Shown: piece by piece, positions 1 to 11,082 of the stretch | How positions within the stretch are numbered: position 1 is the first letter of the stretch | Layout of the letters: each line of letters begins with the position of its first letter | From: a bacterium | GTDB lineage: Bacteria; Zixibacteria; MSB-5A5; GN15; FEB-12 | Assembly: GCA_043811375.1 (NCBI GenBank) | Contig: JBDRNJ010000064.1 | Coordinates: 64,001-128,000, forward strand | DNA length: 64,000 nucleotides | Direction of reading: 5' to 3' | Translations under genes and position numbers: made by a program | Notes under the pieces: model-generated | The model's database searches: none | Told to the model about the DNA's origin: nothing | Seen by the model: only the letters and a program-made list of their open reading frames with translations

Positions 1-375
1 TATGTAGTGTCGGACGATTACACCGAAGATATACCCGCCTTCAGCACCACCCTGCCTTCGGTGATGAACGTGGGGTTAGCCAATACTTCCGGCTCGCTGT
101 TGTGGGCGATTAACTGGGAGCAGGGTTTCAGACGAGCAGCCGGTGCCTCAGCCAAACCACGCCTGTCGCTGGGCCTGGAGTGGACAAAACTTGGTATCCT
201 GCCGTTGCGGACCGGTTTTGCCACCGGTGGTGACAAGAACACGGCCTGGTCTTTTGGTTCCGGTTTGGACCTGTCGCCATTCCACCTCGATCTGGCCGTT
301 GTGACCGGATCTTCGCTGACACCCGCCTCCTCCAAGGGGCTGAATTTCGCCTTTTCAACCGGACTCCACTTCTAA
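1..375 (+). CDS. C-terminal part of a probable outer-membrane beta-barrel protein (partial at window edge)
   Basis: Open frame from the window start; alternating beta-strand pattern (LSLGLEW, LPLRTGF, WSFGSGL) and a terminal Phe. Confidence 0.55.
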   Translation, partial: YVVSDDYTEDIPAFSTTLPSVMNVGLANTSGSLLWAINWEQGFRRAAGASAKPRLSLGLEWTKLGILPLRTGFATGGDKNTAWSFGSGLDLSPFHLDLAVVTGSSLTPASSKGLNFAFSTGLHF

Positions 376-392
376 GGCGGAATGGTGTCGGC

Positions 393-2132
393 ATGTGCCA
401 TAAACTTATTCCAAGCCGGGTTACCGGCCGGTTGACCGCAATCGCGGCCATGATCATTATCATGGCCGCAACAGCCGTGGAATCAATGCCGCCCCACTCT
501 GATCTGGTCGAAAAGGTGGCAGCCGGGAGCATCTCCCAACCCTATTTCCTGCGTAATCTGGATCAATTGCGGGCGCGCGGAGTCGGCTCCGGCGACCACG
601 TCTATGAAGGCAAGTCGGGTGTCGTCCGGACCGCCGCCGGCCGGGTTACCACGACGAGCGGACCATTTCGCATACTGGCCATCGCTGTCGAGTTCAGCGA
701 CCATCCGGCCGTCGTGTCGGCCTCGTTCTTTGACTCGCTCGTTTTCGGAACGGTCGGTAACACGGTCGCTGACTACTACCGCGAGATTTCCTATGGTCAA
801 CTGGACATGGTTACCGTCAACCTCCCGTCTGCCCTTGACTGGCAAACTGCCCCACAGACTTATGAATGGTACGTCAATAACCAGAATGGTACCGGTAACT
901 ACCCCCGCAACAGCCAGAAGCTGGTAGAGGACCTGGTTGATTTGATTGATCCTCAGGTCGACTTCTCATTATACGATAACGATGGTGACGGCTACGTAGA
1001 TATCCTGCTGATCATACACAGCGGCACCGGCGCCGAACTGTCCGGCCGCAGCTCAGATATCTGGTCCCACAAATGGGGCATCGCGCCGCGCAACCGGGAC
1101 GGAGTCAATATTTCCGGCTATACGATTCAACCGGAGTTCTGGGCTATCGCGGGCGACATGACCATCGGTGTCGTCGCCCATGAACTGGGACATGCATTCG
1201 GATTACCCGATCTTTATGATCTTGATTATTCATCGCACGGCATTGGTCGCTGGGGGATAATGAGCTACGGAAGCTGGCTGGGTCCCCGTGGATTGGGTGG
1301 ATCGCCGGCTCATCCCTGTGCCTGGAGTCGGATTGAAATGGGTTTTGCCGTTGCCGAAAACGTTGTTGCCAACAGCTATTCACAGGCGATTGGTGCCGTG
1401 AAGGACGGCGGCTCAATCTTCCGTCTCTGGAACTCAGGCAGTGCGTCGGATGAATATTTCCTGGTTGAAAATCGACAACGAACCGGCTACGATCGCTACC
1501 TTTCCGGCTCCGGGTTGCTGGTCTGGCACATTGACGACAGCAAGTCCGGCAACAGTCAGGAATGGTGGCCGGGCCGTGAAGAAAACGGCCACTACCTGGT
1601 GGCTCTGGAACAAGCCGATGGCCTCTATGAACTGGAGCACGGCGTTGACTACAGCGATGCCGGTGATCCCTATCCCGGAGCGGTCAACGCTTCCGTTTTC
1701 AGTGCCATGTCCACTCCGGCATCAGATACCTATGTCGGCGAACAGACGCTGGTAGAGGTTGAAAATATCTCTGCTTCCGCCGCGGTTATGTATGCTGATC
1801 TCATCGTCGGGCTGTCGGCCGGCTCCCCCGGGGACGACGGTCCGCTCTTGCCGGTAAACGTCGAACTGGCGCAAAACTATCCCAATCCGTTCAATCCGGT
1901 CACAACGATCTCTTTCAGCACGACAGAAACGACGCGAGCCACCCTGGAAATCTTCAACCTCCTGGGACAGAAAGTAAAGCTGCTCCTTGATGGCAAAGTT
2001 GATGCCGGCACTATCAGTGTATCCTGGGATGGATGTAACCACAACGGTCACGAGGCAGCCTCCGGGATCTACTTCTATCGCCTGATCACAGGTAACACCC
2101 GGCAGGTCAGGAAAATGATTCTACTTCGCTGA
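393..2132 (+). CDS. Secreted M6-family (immune inhibitor A-like) metalloprotease with C-terminal FlgD/secretion-type Ig domain
   Basis: Signal peptide; HELGH..GLPDLY zinc motif; IMSYGSW Met-turn; EYFLVENRQ; C-terminal QNYPNPFNP...SGIYFYRL...KMILLR. Confidence 0.88.
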   Translation: MCHKLIPSRVTGRLTAIAAMIIIMAATAVESMPPHSDLVEKVAAGSISQPYFLRNLDQLRARGVGSGDHVYEGKSGVVRTAAGRVTTTSGPFRILAIAVEFSDHPAVVSASFFDSLVFGTVGNTVADYYREISYGQLDMVTVNLPSALDWQTAPQTYEWYVNNQNGTGNYPRNSQKLVEDLVDLIDPQVDFSLYDNDGDGYVDILLIIHSGTGAELSGRSSDIWSHKWGIAPRNRDGVNISGYTIQPEFWAIAGDMTIGVVAHELGHAFGLPDLYDLDYSSHGIGRWGIMSYGSWLGPRGLGGSPAHPCAWSRIEMGFAVAENVVANSYSQAIGAVKDGGSIFRLWNSGSASDEYFLVENRQRTGYDRYLSGSGLLVWHIDDSKSGNSQEWWPGREENGHYLVALEQADGLYELEHGVDYSDAGDPYPGAVNASVFSAMSTPASDTYVGEQTLVEVENISASAAVMYADLIVGLSAGSPGDDGPLLPVNVELAQNYPNPFNPVTTISFSTTETTRATLEIFNLLGQKVKLLLDGKVDAGTISVSWDGCNHNGHEAASGIYFYRLITGNTRQVRKMILLR

Positions 2133-2200
2133 GCAAACCACACCACATCGGCCTATTGGGCTGACTCTCCCTGGTGGTTCCACACATGCCGTCGGAACGA

Positions 2201-2416
2201 CTATTTCGATGTCTGTGGCTGCGAAGGTGCCGTCTCAGTCTGATGACGGTTGTTATCGCGCTGTAGTTTCTTGTACTTGGTGTGACAACTCTTGCAGCGT
2301 CGGGGATCTTCCGTGTATCCCCGTTCGGCAAAATAAGCCTGTGCAGCACCGGTGAACACAAACTCCTGGTCACATTCGACACAAACCAGAATCTTCGGCT
2401 CGAAACCGCTTTCCAT
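2201..2416 (-). CDS. Small zinc-ribbon protein (zf-trcl-like)
   Basis: CVEC...FVFT...YFAERGY...PRRCKSC; purine-rich RBS upstream. Confidence 0.85.
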   Translation of the reverse strand: MESGFEPKILVCVECDQEFVFTGAAQAYFAERGYTEDPRRCKSCHTKYKKLQRDNNRHQTETAPSQPQTSK

Positions 2417-2548
2417 CTTTCCCCCTCTCCTTCACCTCAGACGTCGTCCGTGATGTCTGAGACCTCCAGAGATAAATTAATATCAATCACTTAATATAAG
2501 AAACAGTTCCCGGCGTCAATATAAAAAAACAAACGATGCCGGCAGTTT

Positions 2549-4576
2549 TTAGTAGGGGTTGCAGGGTGGTGGTGAACCGCCCATAAACAGGTAAGAGACC
2601 AGGGAAGTAATATCGCCTACGTCGATCTGTACGTCACAGTTGAAATCGCCGGCTCCCGGTTCCGGAACCGGAGGAGAGCCACTGGTGAAGAGGTAAGCCA
2701 CCAGATAAGTAATATCGCCAACTTCGATAGAGCCCGTAAAGTCGCAATCGCCGTGCTGCAGACGAGTCTCAGCTATGGCATCTTGCCAGTGCAGTTTGGA
2801 CGTGTCACCACGCGAACGAATCTCAAAGTGCAAGTTGGATAGCGTCCCCAGCGGTGTTCCCGGTGGTGGATTCACGGCTATGGATATTACAGTGTCTCCC
2901 TGGGGAGGTATGGCCATGTCGATAGTATCCCGTGTAACCCAACCCCGATCATCCCAGAATGCGATATCGAAAACGTCATTAAGTGAAGAGGTGTTGAACA
3001 CCTGGTACTCAAATCCCCTGGTACCTCCGGAGTAAACGGCGGAATCGGTGGTCAGAACCAGTGAGGAGCAGGCGTATGGCTGCAGAATCTTTGCCGAATA
3101 GCCGAAATAATCGCCGCCGTCGAACTCGGCTATGTTGGTCGCCACCAGTGTCACCCGATAATACGATTCGAATTCAAAGATGTCCACTTCGGCGAAGTAC
3201 GTCACTGGGTCCAGGTTGATCTTCTCGAACTGGTGCACGTCGTTGGCGGTGGACTTTATCAGATAGGCTGACCACTCGCGCGAATCATCACCGTTGAACA
3301 TTATCCTCAGGATGCCGGTGTAGCTTTGTGGATAAAACTGTATATAGCAGGAACCGTAGCCGACCGGACTGGTCGGTGACGACGAATGATTAACCGGGTA
3401 AGCCGTGTGAGTCATTCCAACGGACACTAACGGGTAATCAAAGGCTTCCTCATGATGCCAGCCGTCATCTCGAGAGGAGGTGACATAATTCCAGGTGGTG
3501 AATTCGGCGAATGCCGAATCCTGGGTCCATCCGTAGCGTCCCCACAGTGTGTCCGAAAGAGTACTGAATATATTGTCATAACGGGCACCTTCCCACCCCG
3601 CCACCAGCAGTGACGTGTCGAACCTCTGGGCCAGGTAGAGTCCCCAGATGAAACAGGAGTAGGCATGGGATGAGTTTTCCATCAGGGATTTCTCAGGGTA
3701 GTTAAAGAAAGAGCCCAGGTAATTGTAGTTGTCATTGGAAAAATCAAAGATGATGTCTTCCCAGCAGATAGCGTCAAGTTCCATGAACCACATGCCTTCG
3801 CCCAGATCGTAGGCATACTGTACGCAGTGATGAAACTCGTGGGCGCACGTCACCTTGGCAGCCCCATACTGGTCGCCTTCAGGATCATCGTTGGGGGGGA
3901 AGCCGAGAAAATCGTTATTGAGCACCAGGTAGCTGTAGTAGTCGTTCCACGGCTGTGGGCCCGGACCTTCCGGTTGTGCATAGCCGTAGTACCCCATCTC
4001 CTGGAAATAGACGTCAAAAGAGCTGTCGCCTCCCAGGCTGCCATCGGAAGGTGGCGGCAGGAAACCATGACTGATGTGGACGTTATATGTTGTGTCGCAG
4101 TAGGCGGCACATTTCTCAACAAAGTCAGGTATACCGTTGGAATCATCGTCTGCCGCGGGAACCTGATAACTCCCCGAGGTATCATAATGCAGCTTGAAAA
4201 AACCACCCGGAGAATCGTAAGTGAATTCAGTCGGATGCCGTGTGAGCGCCTGGCTGAACTCCACCTGAGTCTCTTTCGATAGTTCGTCCCAGCGCCATCG
4301 GATATCACTCAGCACGTTACTCGGACAGACGGGGGGGAGGTCGCTCAGCGCCAGGTTCGGCCGGCGATATTCCCGGGGAAGCTCATGGGGATTTTTGATC
4401 GCTTTTATTACCAACCGTGTTCTTTGATCGAGGGTTAGCCTGCCGTCGCGAAAATCCTTCTCAATCGCCCACAAGGGGTCACTGCCGGTGATAGTAGTCC
4501 TGCCCGGGCTGATTGCAGGAATCAGCAGGCACAGAGTAAAACTCAGAATACCGACCAGTGATATTTGTTTCAGCAT
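2549..4576 (-). CDS. Secreted putative zinc metalloprotease with C-terminal dockerin-like domain
   Basis: Signal peptide from MLKQISL after a GAGG RBS; AHEFHH motif followed by WFME; duplicated GDxD/NxxxxIxVGDITxLVxYLF repeats at the C-terminus. Confidence 0.8.
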   Translation of the reverse strand: MLKQISLVGILSFTLCLLIPAISPGRTTITGSDPLWAIEKDFRDGRLTLDQRTRLVIKAIKNPHELPREYRRPNLALSDLPPVCPSNVLSDIRWRWDELSKETQVEFSQALTRHPTEFTYDSPGGFFKLHYDTSGSYQVPAADDDSNGIPDFVEKCAAYCDTTYNVHISHGFLPPPSDGSLGGDSSFDVYFQEMGYYGYAQPEGPGPQPWNDYYSYLVLNNDFLGFPPNDDPEGDQYGAAKVTCAHEFHHCVQYAYDLGEGMWFMELDAICWEDIIFDFSNDNYNYLGSFFNYPEKSLMENSSHAYSCFIWGLYLAQRFDTSLLVAGWEGARYDNIFSTLSDTLWGRYGWTQDSAFAEFTTWNYVTSSRDDGWHHEEAFDYPLVSVGMTHTAYPVNHSSSPTSPVGYGSCYIQFYPQSYTGILRIMFNGDDSREWSAYLIKSTANDVHQFEKINLDPVTYFAEVDIFEFESYYRVTLVATNIAEFDGGDYFGYSAKILQPYACSSLVLTTDSAVYSGGTRGFEYQVFNTSSLNDVFDIAFWDDRGWVTRDTIDMAIPPQGDTVISIAVNPPPGTPLGTLSNLHFEIRSRGDTSKLHWQDAIAETRLQHGDCDFTGSIEVGDITYLVAYLFTSGSPPVPEPGAGDFNCDVQIDVGDITSLVSYLFMGGSPPPCNPY

Positions 4577-4863
4577 TCGCTTTCCTCGCGGCGGTGTGTT
4601 TATGACACTTATCGGCGCTCTGGCTGAACTCTCCATTTTGTCAGCGGCGCGGGTTTTCTTATTGGCAACGGTGCATACCTAGCTGCCATGAGAAAAAGAC
4701 CTTCTAACATATTCAACTGCGGCAACCGGATTGATAGTTCCCCGGAAAAAGCAGAGATTCTCCGGCAGGCAAACCCCAAGGTTCCCCGCCTCCGTTACGA
4801 ATTGAGCAGGTCGTTGCGAGTACTCCGGCAAATCACGGATACCTACTTACAATTTATTGAATT

Positions 4864-6537
4864 TCAACGTGTTGTCAAGAGGAAACTCGACGGCTGTGCA
4901 TCAAAGTACTGATTTGTGCCCACCGAAACCTGCCAGCCATTAAATTTAGAATAGGCAACGTCTATACGCAGGAGTTTTCTTTTTGACGATCGCTCCAGAG
5001 CTAAACGAAGGCCTGCCCCGACACTGGTATATACCTGACCCGATTGAGCCGAAGCTCGTTTACTCCATATTGTCGCCATATCCACAAACGCGACGCCGCC
5101 GAACCGGACTGACAGTATCTCCCATCCGGGGTAAAATCTGCCCTCGAGGTTGACTACTCCTTTGCGGTTACCGGTCCGGAAATATTCATTGTAACCCCTC
5201 AATTCTCCATCGCCACCGAGGGTCAGGGCGTCGATTTGCGCCGGCCTTGATTCCGACACGAATAAGCCACGAGCGGCAATCGTGGCCAGTTGAGATACAC
5301 TGTGATAGTAGGTGGCGGTAAGTCTGGATATCCGTCTGATATCTCTGCGGTAATGAAACCACAGTACGCCGTGATAATCGATAAAGGCCAGATTGGGACC
5401 ACGCTTAAAACCCTCTGATATGCCAACATTAAGTACGTCAAAGACATAATGCTGAAAATCGGCCGAGGCTGCTCGTGCCCAACCTATCTGAAACGCCTGC
5501 CCCAGGGTAAAATCTTCGGTGTAGCCGAAACCGTCAATCTGTGTTAAGGTTACAAAGTTCATGTTAGCTACGAGGATAGAGGCACCCACCTGATGATACA
5601 GGGAGTCGACCGGGAAGGCGGCAGAGGCGGTCAGACTGTCTTCGTGAGTTTCACAGAGAATCTTCCGGTCAAATGATCGCTCAAAACGATAGACATACAA
5701 AGGCTTTATCTGCAGTTTGCGACGATAGGAACCTGTTCGCCAGGATACTGCCGCCAACAGGCGGTCGCCCTCATACAGCGATTCACCGATCAACCAGCCG
5801 TCGGAATGGATATCCCGGCGACCGCTGGTGCCGGCCACGGAGAAACTGAAAGCGAGTGTCTGCGAAAGATTATAGTAGGGATGACCCAGGCCAAAATAGC
5901 GGGAAGAGTTCAGGGGGTCATTGCTGAATCCCAGAACAACGGCATACGGCCGGTTCCGAAGACGCTCGTCGATAAAACTTCCGGTGAAATAATCCCTGTC
6001 CCCCGATTGCAGGACATACTTCGCCGATAAAAGCTGATTGTTACCCAGCAGATTCCTTTCCGTCATGGTGAGGTCATAACGAGTCCGGTTGCCGTCGCGG
6101 TTGAAATTCATGCCGCTGGAAAGGCTCCATTGATCGATAGTAACCACCCGTACCAACAGCCGGCCATCCGGCAATAAGACCGGCTCGACCCAGGCGTCAT
6201 AGACCAGCAAACGGCGTCGCAGATTGCGAGCTGTCTCTTCGGCCAGGTCCACCGAAAACGGTTTCCCTGTCTGCAACAGGATTTCAGGCCTGATGACTCT
6301 GGCGCGGGTTTTGTAATGCAGTTTGTTGGCTAACTTGAAGATGAAGTGGCGGTAGCGGTTGTCATCGGTGTCAAAGATATTGCGATTATCGATGGCAATA
6401 CTGTCAACCGTCACTCCCGCAAAGTCAGACATCTGTCGAGGGATCTCGTCGGACCGGTCGTCGCCGGCACTGCTTTGTGCTCGGCCGAGGCAGGCAAGGA
6501 TCAACAGTAGCAGTGAAAATCTCAAACCAGGTTGCAA
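4864..6537 (-). CDS. Omp85/BamA-TamA-like outer membrane protein
   Basis: Signal peptide; POTRA-like N-terminus (ETARNLR); LGGDGELRGY motif; VGAGLR and RIDVAY near the C-terminus. Confidence 0.7.
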   Translation of the reverse strand: MQPGLRFSLLLLILACLGRAQSSAGDDRSDEIPRQMSDFAGVTVDSIAIDNRNIFDTDDNRYRHFIFKLANKLHYKTRARVIRPEILLQTGKPFSVDLAEETARNLRRRLLVYDAWVEPVLLPDGRLLVRVVTIDQWSLSSGMNFNRDGNRTRYDLTMTERNLLGNNQLLSAKYVLQSGDRDYFTGSFIDERLRNRPYAVVLGFSNDPLNSSRYFGLGHPYYNLSQTLAFSFSVAGTSGRRDIHSDGWLIGESLYEGDRLLAAVSWRTGSYRRKLQIKPLYVYRFERSFDRKILCETHEDSLTASAAFPVDSLYHQVGASILVANMNFVTLTQIDGFGYTEDFTLGQAFQIGWARAASADFQHYVFDVLNVGISEGFKRGPNLAFIDYHGVLWFHYRRDIRRISRLTATYYHSVSQLATIAARGLFVSESRPAQIDALTLGGDGELRGYNEYFRTGNRKGVVNLEGRFYPGWEILSVRFGGVAFVDMATIWSKRASAQSGQVYTSVGAGLRLALERSSKRKLLRIDVAYSKFNGWQVSVGTNQYFDAQPSSFLLTTR

Positions 6538-6738
6538 AAATCTCTCCAGTAGTTTTCATGCAATAAATGCCAAACCTGCGGCCAGTCAACATAATACGGT
6601 GGGGAAACAGGTTTACGGCCAACAGCCTGACAGCTGTAGTTGTCGCTGTTGAGAGCCACCGGGTTGGGGCTTTACCCAGAGTAGAATTAACCGATAATAG
6701 CACGTAATAGAATAATCCTGATTGGAATAGGTGGCACC

Positions 6739-7416
6739 ATGAGACAACATACGATTTTCTTCAGCCTTTTCGTTGCAATGCTCGTCGCTTGCTCGGCTAC
6801 GGTCCGTCAGCGAGCTCAGTACTATCCGGATCGACAGCTAAAGGAGCGGTGGAGCGAAGTCAAAGATTCAACCGGGACCTACATACGTCAAGGCACATAC
6901 TCTTCCTGGTATGAAAACGGCCGGGTGCAGATCGAAGGGGAGTATAGCGGTGGCGTTATGACCGGCATCTGGGTGACGCGTACCGCAAACGGTCAGGTAC
7001 AGGAATGGCACGAATATGTCGACGGTCAGCAGCACGGTCTGTATGTCTACTATCATCCCAACGGCAACAAAAAACAGCAAGGCAAGTATGTCCGCGGGCA
7101 ACGGGAAGGTGCCTGGGTGTCATGGTCTGAAAACGGCATCGTCAGTGAAGAAAGCGCCTATCGAGAGGGCAGGAAATATGGCCTCTGGATAGAATGGTAC
7201 GCGGCCGGGAAGAAGAAACGGGAAGCCAACTATGTCGATGGCCAACTGAACGGTCCCTTCACGACCTGGCACGAGAATGGATTAAGGTGGGTTGAAGGTA
7301 AGTATACCGATGGCGAGAAAGACGGCCTCTGGACAACGTGGGATGAGATCGGTCTCGTTACTGCCCGGCAACGATACCAGGCCGGTGAACTGGTGGCTAC
7401 GGAGGAGGAGTCGTAA
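6739..7416 (+). CDS. MORN-variant repeat (YwqK-like) lipoprotein
   Basis: Lipobox LVAC; repeated G.(W/Y)..(W/Y).ENG....EG.Y..G units. Confidence 0.8.
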   Translation: MRQHTIFFSLFVAMLVACSATVRQRAQYYPDRQLKERWSEVKDSTGTYIRQGTYSSWYENGRVQIEGEYSGGVMTGIWVTRTANGQVQEWHEYVDGQQHGLYVYYHPNGNKKQQGKYVRGQREGAWVSWSENGIVSEESAYREGRKYGLWIEWYAAGKKKREANYVDGQLNGPFTTWHENGLRWVEGKYTDGEKDGLWTTWDEIGLVTARQRYQAGELVATEEES

Positions 7417-7417
7417 C

Positions 7418-10042
7418 TTAATCGGAATCTTCAGAATTCTCGTATTTCTCCAGCAGCGCCTGAAAACGCGGGTGGTCGCGGAGGGGGTCATACTCAGGGT
7501 GATGACGCAGATCATAGATGGCGATGCCTGACGGGATACTCATCAACACTTCGAGCTGGTCGATAGCCAAATCATGTTCACCCGCCAATACGTAGATAGA
7601 CGCGAGCTCTTCTATCAATCCGGGCCCATATAGTGCGTCCTGGGATACTGGAAGAAGATCGACTGCCTTCCTGCCTTCCCGTATAGCATCGGAAACGCGA
7701 CCTAATCCTGCATAGGCGCTTCCCAAGGTCATGGTATTAAAGGCTGAATGCGGTTGAACTTTGCTTCTTTGCTCAGCGACTACTCGCGCGGAATCATAAT
7801 ACACTTGACTCAAAGAGTCACGTGCCCAGAAACGATAGGCCTCGGCTTTGATAAGATAAAAATCCCCGCTATCAGCCAGAATAAAACTGCCCGGGACCTC
7901 GCGCCGATTGATAGCGGATTCATAGTCTCGGAACAGAACATCAAAACCTTCCATCCAGAATCCGACCATCTCCGGCTCCCCATACTGGGTAGCCAAGTCA
8001 AGTATCTCCCGTGCTCTCGTTGTGTCACCACTTAGTTGCAGCACAGCGGCTGCCTTAAAGAACAGGAGAGATGCCGCGTCGGGCCGTAGTGAAAGACTTT
8101 TGTCGAGAGCACGGATGAGTTCCTTGGATTCACCCATGGCACTAAGCGTCGTTGCTAGTCCCATCGCCAGCCCCTGCGAATGGGGATCAATCTCCACTGC
8201 TTTCTTGAGATTGTCTGCAGCCTCCTGCCACTTGCCCTGGCGCCTCTGAACATAGCCGATCGCAGCCAGCACTTCGCTGTTGTTAGGCTGCTGCTCCAAA
8301 ACCTGGTTAAACTCATCCAGAGCACGGTCATAGTCTTCCTGACAGTAGTAGGAGAAATATCCCAGACCAATGTGGCCTTCAACTCCTTCGCGGGATGTGC
8401 GCGCGGCATTGTTTGCAGCCTGCTCGCATAGATTCAGGCGCTGCTCACTTCTGTCTATCCAGTTGAAGTAAAGGAACCCGTGGATTCGAGCCAGGCGACT
8501 GTGAGCCTTGGCAAAATCAGGGTCGGCTTCAACGGCCTTTTCAAGCAGTGCTATCGCCAGTTCGTGCTCGTTCGAATCATCGTACTCCTTTGCTTGCAGG
8601 TAGAGATCATAGGCGTCAATATCGTCCGTCGGCTTGTATCCCATAGACTGACGTTCAGAGGCTAGCAGTGTTACTCCAAGCGTATCGACGATCCGTGTGG
8701 CAATATGGATTTGGACATCGAAGATTTCGGTCATAGCTATTTGGAAATTCCCGGCCCACAGGTGAATATCATCGGCAACCTGAATCAACTGCGGTGTGAT
8801 GCGCACCCGGTCAGTATCTCCGGACTTGTCCCAGCGAATAGTGCCTTCAAGGACGTAATCTACCCCCAACTCTTTGGCTATTACAGGTAGTGTCTTATCT
8901 GAGCTTTTGTAGGCGTAGGCGCTGGTGCGGGAGATTACACCCAGATTGTGAACCATGGCCAGACGGGAAGTGATTTCGTCGGTCATTCCATCGGCGAAAT
9001 ACTCATCCTTCGGATCACCCAGATTCTCAAACGGCAGTATCGCCAGCATGATTTTCTCTGGTTTGTCGGAGGCGGTGTCAGATATCCACGGTTGCCATAC
9101 AATCAACACCAGCACCAGAGTGGCCAATACGATCCATACCACCCATAGGTTTAACCACCCTTTTTTGACTGGTGTGGATATGAGGGTTAGCCGTTTCAGA
9201 TCAGCCAGCATCCCATCGGCATGCTGGTAGCGCAGCGATGAGTCTTTGGAAAGTGCTTTGTTGAGTATCTGCTGAAGTTCACCAGTTTCGCCTGATTTAT
9301 AACGAGCAACCGGTTCCGGAGTTGCGTCCGTGATTGAGCGAGCAACCGCCGTTTCGGTGTCCCCCTCGAACGGACGGCGTCCAGTCAGCATCTCATAGAG
9401 AATTACTCCTACTGAAAAGATATCCGAGCGAAGATCGACCTGTTTCCCTTCCACCTGTTCCGGAGACATATATCCGATGGTTCCGAGTGTCGAACCGGTT
9501 TTGGTCAGCTTCTCTTCACCGGAAACCGTCGCGAGGCCGAAGTCAAGAATGCGGGCGCGGCCCTCACTGTCGATAACAATGTTACTTGGCTTGATGTCAC
9601 GATGGACTACGCCGGAGTCATGCGCTTTGTGCAACCCTTCGCAGATCTGCATGGTCAGGCCAATAGCTTCTGAGACCGTGAGCTTGCCCTGTTTGATGGT
9701 ATCTCGAAGGGAATGCCCCTCTATATGCGCCATTGCAAAGAACGGCCGTCCCTTGAAATCTCCTACTTCGTAGACGGGAGCGATATTGGGATGATCCAGT
9801 TTTGCCGCCGCTTGCGCCTCTCGCTTGAAACGCCTGCGACAGTCTTCATCTTGACACAAATGCGGAGGCAGGAACTTCAGGGCGACATTACGATTGAGTT
9901 TGGTATCCTCAGCCAGATACACCTCACCCATGCCACCGGCGCCAATCTTGGAGATGATGCGATAGTGGCCGACCTTGGTGCCCTCGGTGAGAGTGACAAA
10001 TGATCTGGTCTGATCTTCTCCGCTGGAATCCTGAGTCGTCAA
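7418..10042 (-). CDS. Hanks-type Ser/Thr protein kinase with TM segment, TolB-N-like domain and TPR repeats
   Basis: GAGGMGEVY, VALK, HRDIKPSN, DFGLA, GTIGYMSPEQ; TM helix; LAILPFENL...YFADGMTDEI; TPRs. Confidence 0.93.
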   Translation of the reverse strand: MTTQDSSGEDQTRSFVTLTEGTKVGHYRIISKIGAGGMGEVYLAEDTKLNRNVALKFLPPHLCQDEDCRRRFKREAQAAAKLDHPNIAPVYEVGDFKGRPFFAMAHIEGHSLRDTIKQGKLTVSEAIGLTMQICEGLHKAHDSGVVHRDIKPSNIVIDSEGRARILDFGLATVSGEEKLTKTGSTLGTIGYMSPEQVEGKQVDLRSDIFSVGVILYEMLTGRRPFEGDTETAVARSITDATPEPVARYKSGETGELQQILNKALSKDSSLRYQHADGMLADLKRLTLISTPVKKGWLNLWVVWIVLATLVLVLIVWQPWISDTASDKPEKIMLAILPFENLGDPKDEYFADGMTDEITSRLAMVHNLGVISRTSAYAYKSSDKTLPVIAKELGVDYVLEGTIRWDKSGDTDRVRITPQLIQVADDIHLWAGNFQIAMTEIFDVQIHIATRIVDTLGVTLLASERQSMGYKPTDDIDAYDLYLQAKEYDDSNEHELAIALLEKAVEADPDFAKAHSRLARIHGFLYFNWIDRSEQRLNLCEQAANNAARTSREGVEGHIGLGYFSYYCQEDYDRALDEFNQVLEQQPNNSEVLAAIGYVQRRQGKWQEAADNLKKAVEIDPHSQGLAMGLATTLSAMGESKELIRALDKSLSLRPDAASLLFFKAAAVLQLSGDTTRAREILDLATQYGEPEMVGFWMEGFDVLFRDYESAINRREVPGSFILADSGDFYLIKAEAYRFWARDSLSQVYYDSARVVAEQRSKVQPHSAFNTMTLGSAYAGLGRVSDAIREGRKAVDLLPVSQDALYGPGLIEELASIYVLAGEHDLAIDQLEVLMSIPSGIAIYDLRHHPEYDPLRDHPRFQALLEKYENSEDSD

Positions 10043-10087
10043 GAGCTATCTACCCGGTTATCCACTGGTAATGCGTCTGCTTACCAG

Positions 10088-10116
10088 CAATATAGGGAAG
10101 ATTCAATCTTGCGACA
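10088..10116 (-). promoter_or_regulatory. Putative sigma70 promoter for the kinase gene
   Basis: Minus strand TTGTCG-N17-TATATT. Confidence 0.45.
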
Positions 10117-10185
10117 AACTTAAAAAAGCGCGGCTGCTTTCATTTGGTGAAAGCAACCACGTATTATCAGAATCAATGTTTTGAA

Positions 10186-11082
10186 TCAAGCCAGCGGCGG
10201 AGCTGTCTCGGTTGCTGCGGCCGGCTGTTGGCCGGAGTAGCCGGTTATCTGCATGAATCCGAGTGTCCACATGGAACTGGCGAACGTTCCGGTAAACGCC
10301 GATGCCAGGATAATTACAATAATTGCCACGATAAGGCCCGGTATCAACCCCAGCCACAGATCGGTGTAGCCGATAATGACGAATGGTATGGCTAGCACCA
10401 GGCAGCAGATTATCAGAATGCACCAGAGCACGAGTTGGGCCAGAAACGAGGAAATTGCCACCCCGATAGATTTACCGACATTGTTTTTCAGCATGTTCCA
10501 GCCCTTGCCCAGGGCGTCCAGCCATTTCTCGTCATAGAGTACGGCGTACCGGATAGCCCAGCCTTCCACTGCCGTTGCGATAAATATGATTGCCACTAAG
10601 AACGGAATGGCCAGAACTGTCAGGACAATTCCCAGACCGACGGCGGCAATATAAGCCGGGACAATCACCATCGCCATACAGAGGATTGCGAATATGGCTG
10701 CTAGAGTAGCCAGTAATATGATGCCGAAGAGCCGAAAGAACTTGTTCAGGCCGACCGACCAGCAGAGACCAAAATTGGTCGGTTGGTTCAGTTCCTTACC
10801 GACGATACCACGGATAAGAGCACTCTCCGAGAGAATACTCATTACCCAGAAGACGATCCAGAGCGCAAAAGCCGCCATCACAGCCATGATAATAAACGCC
10901 GGTTCAAAATCAATGGGGCAGAGGCCAAAGCGATCCCCCCAGTCACTGTCCTTGATAGCGTCGTCCCAGATGTGAGCACCGCCGTTGCCACCGCCGGCGG
11001 CTACGAAAAAGCCAAACAGCCAGAGAAACTTGTGCTTCCAGGCGTTACTGAATGATCGATTCACCAGTGCCATGTAGTCCAT
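10186..11082 (-). CDS. Multi-pass membrane protein of unknown function
   Basis: Several hydrophobic helices; AWKHKFLWLFGFF N-terminal motif; GGAGG RBS before ATG 11082. Confidence 0.75.
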   Translation of the reverse strand: MDYMALVNRSFSNAWKHKFLWLFGFFVAAGGGNGGAHIWDDAIKDSDWGDRFGLCPIDFEPAFIIMAVMAAFALWIVFWVMSILSESALIRGIVGKELNQPTNFGLCWSVGLNKFFRLFGIILLATLAAIFAILCMAMVIVPAYIAAVGLGIVLTVLAIPFLVAIIFIATAVEGWAIRYAVLYDEKWLDALGKGWNMLKNNVGKSIGVAISSFLAQLVLWCILIICCLVLAIPFVIIGYTDLWLGLIPGLIVAIIVIILASAFTGTFASSMWTLGFMQITGYSGQQPAAATETAPPLA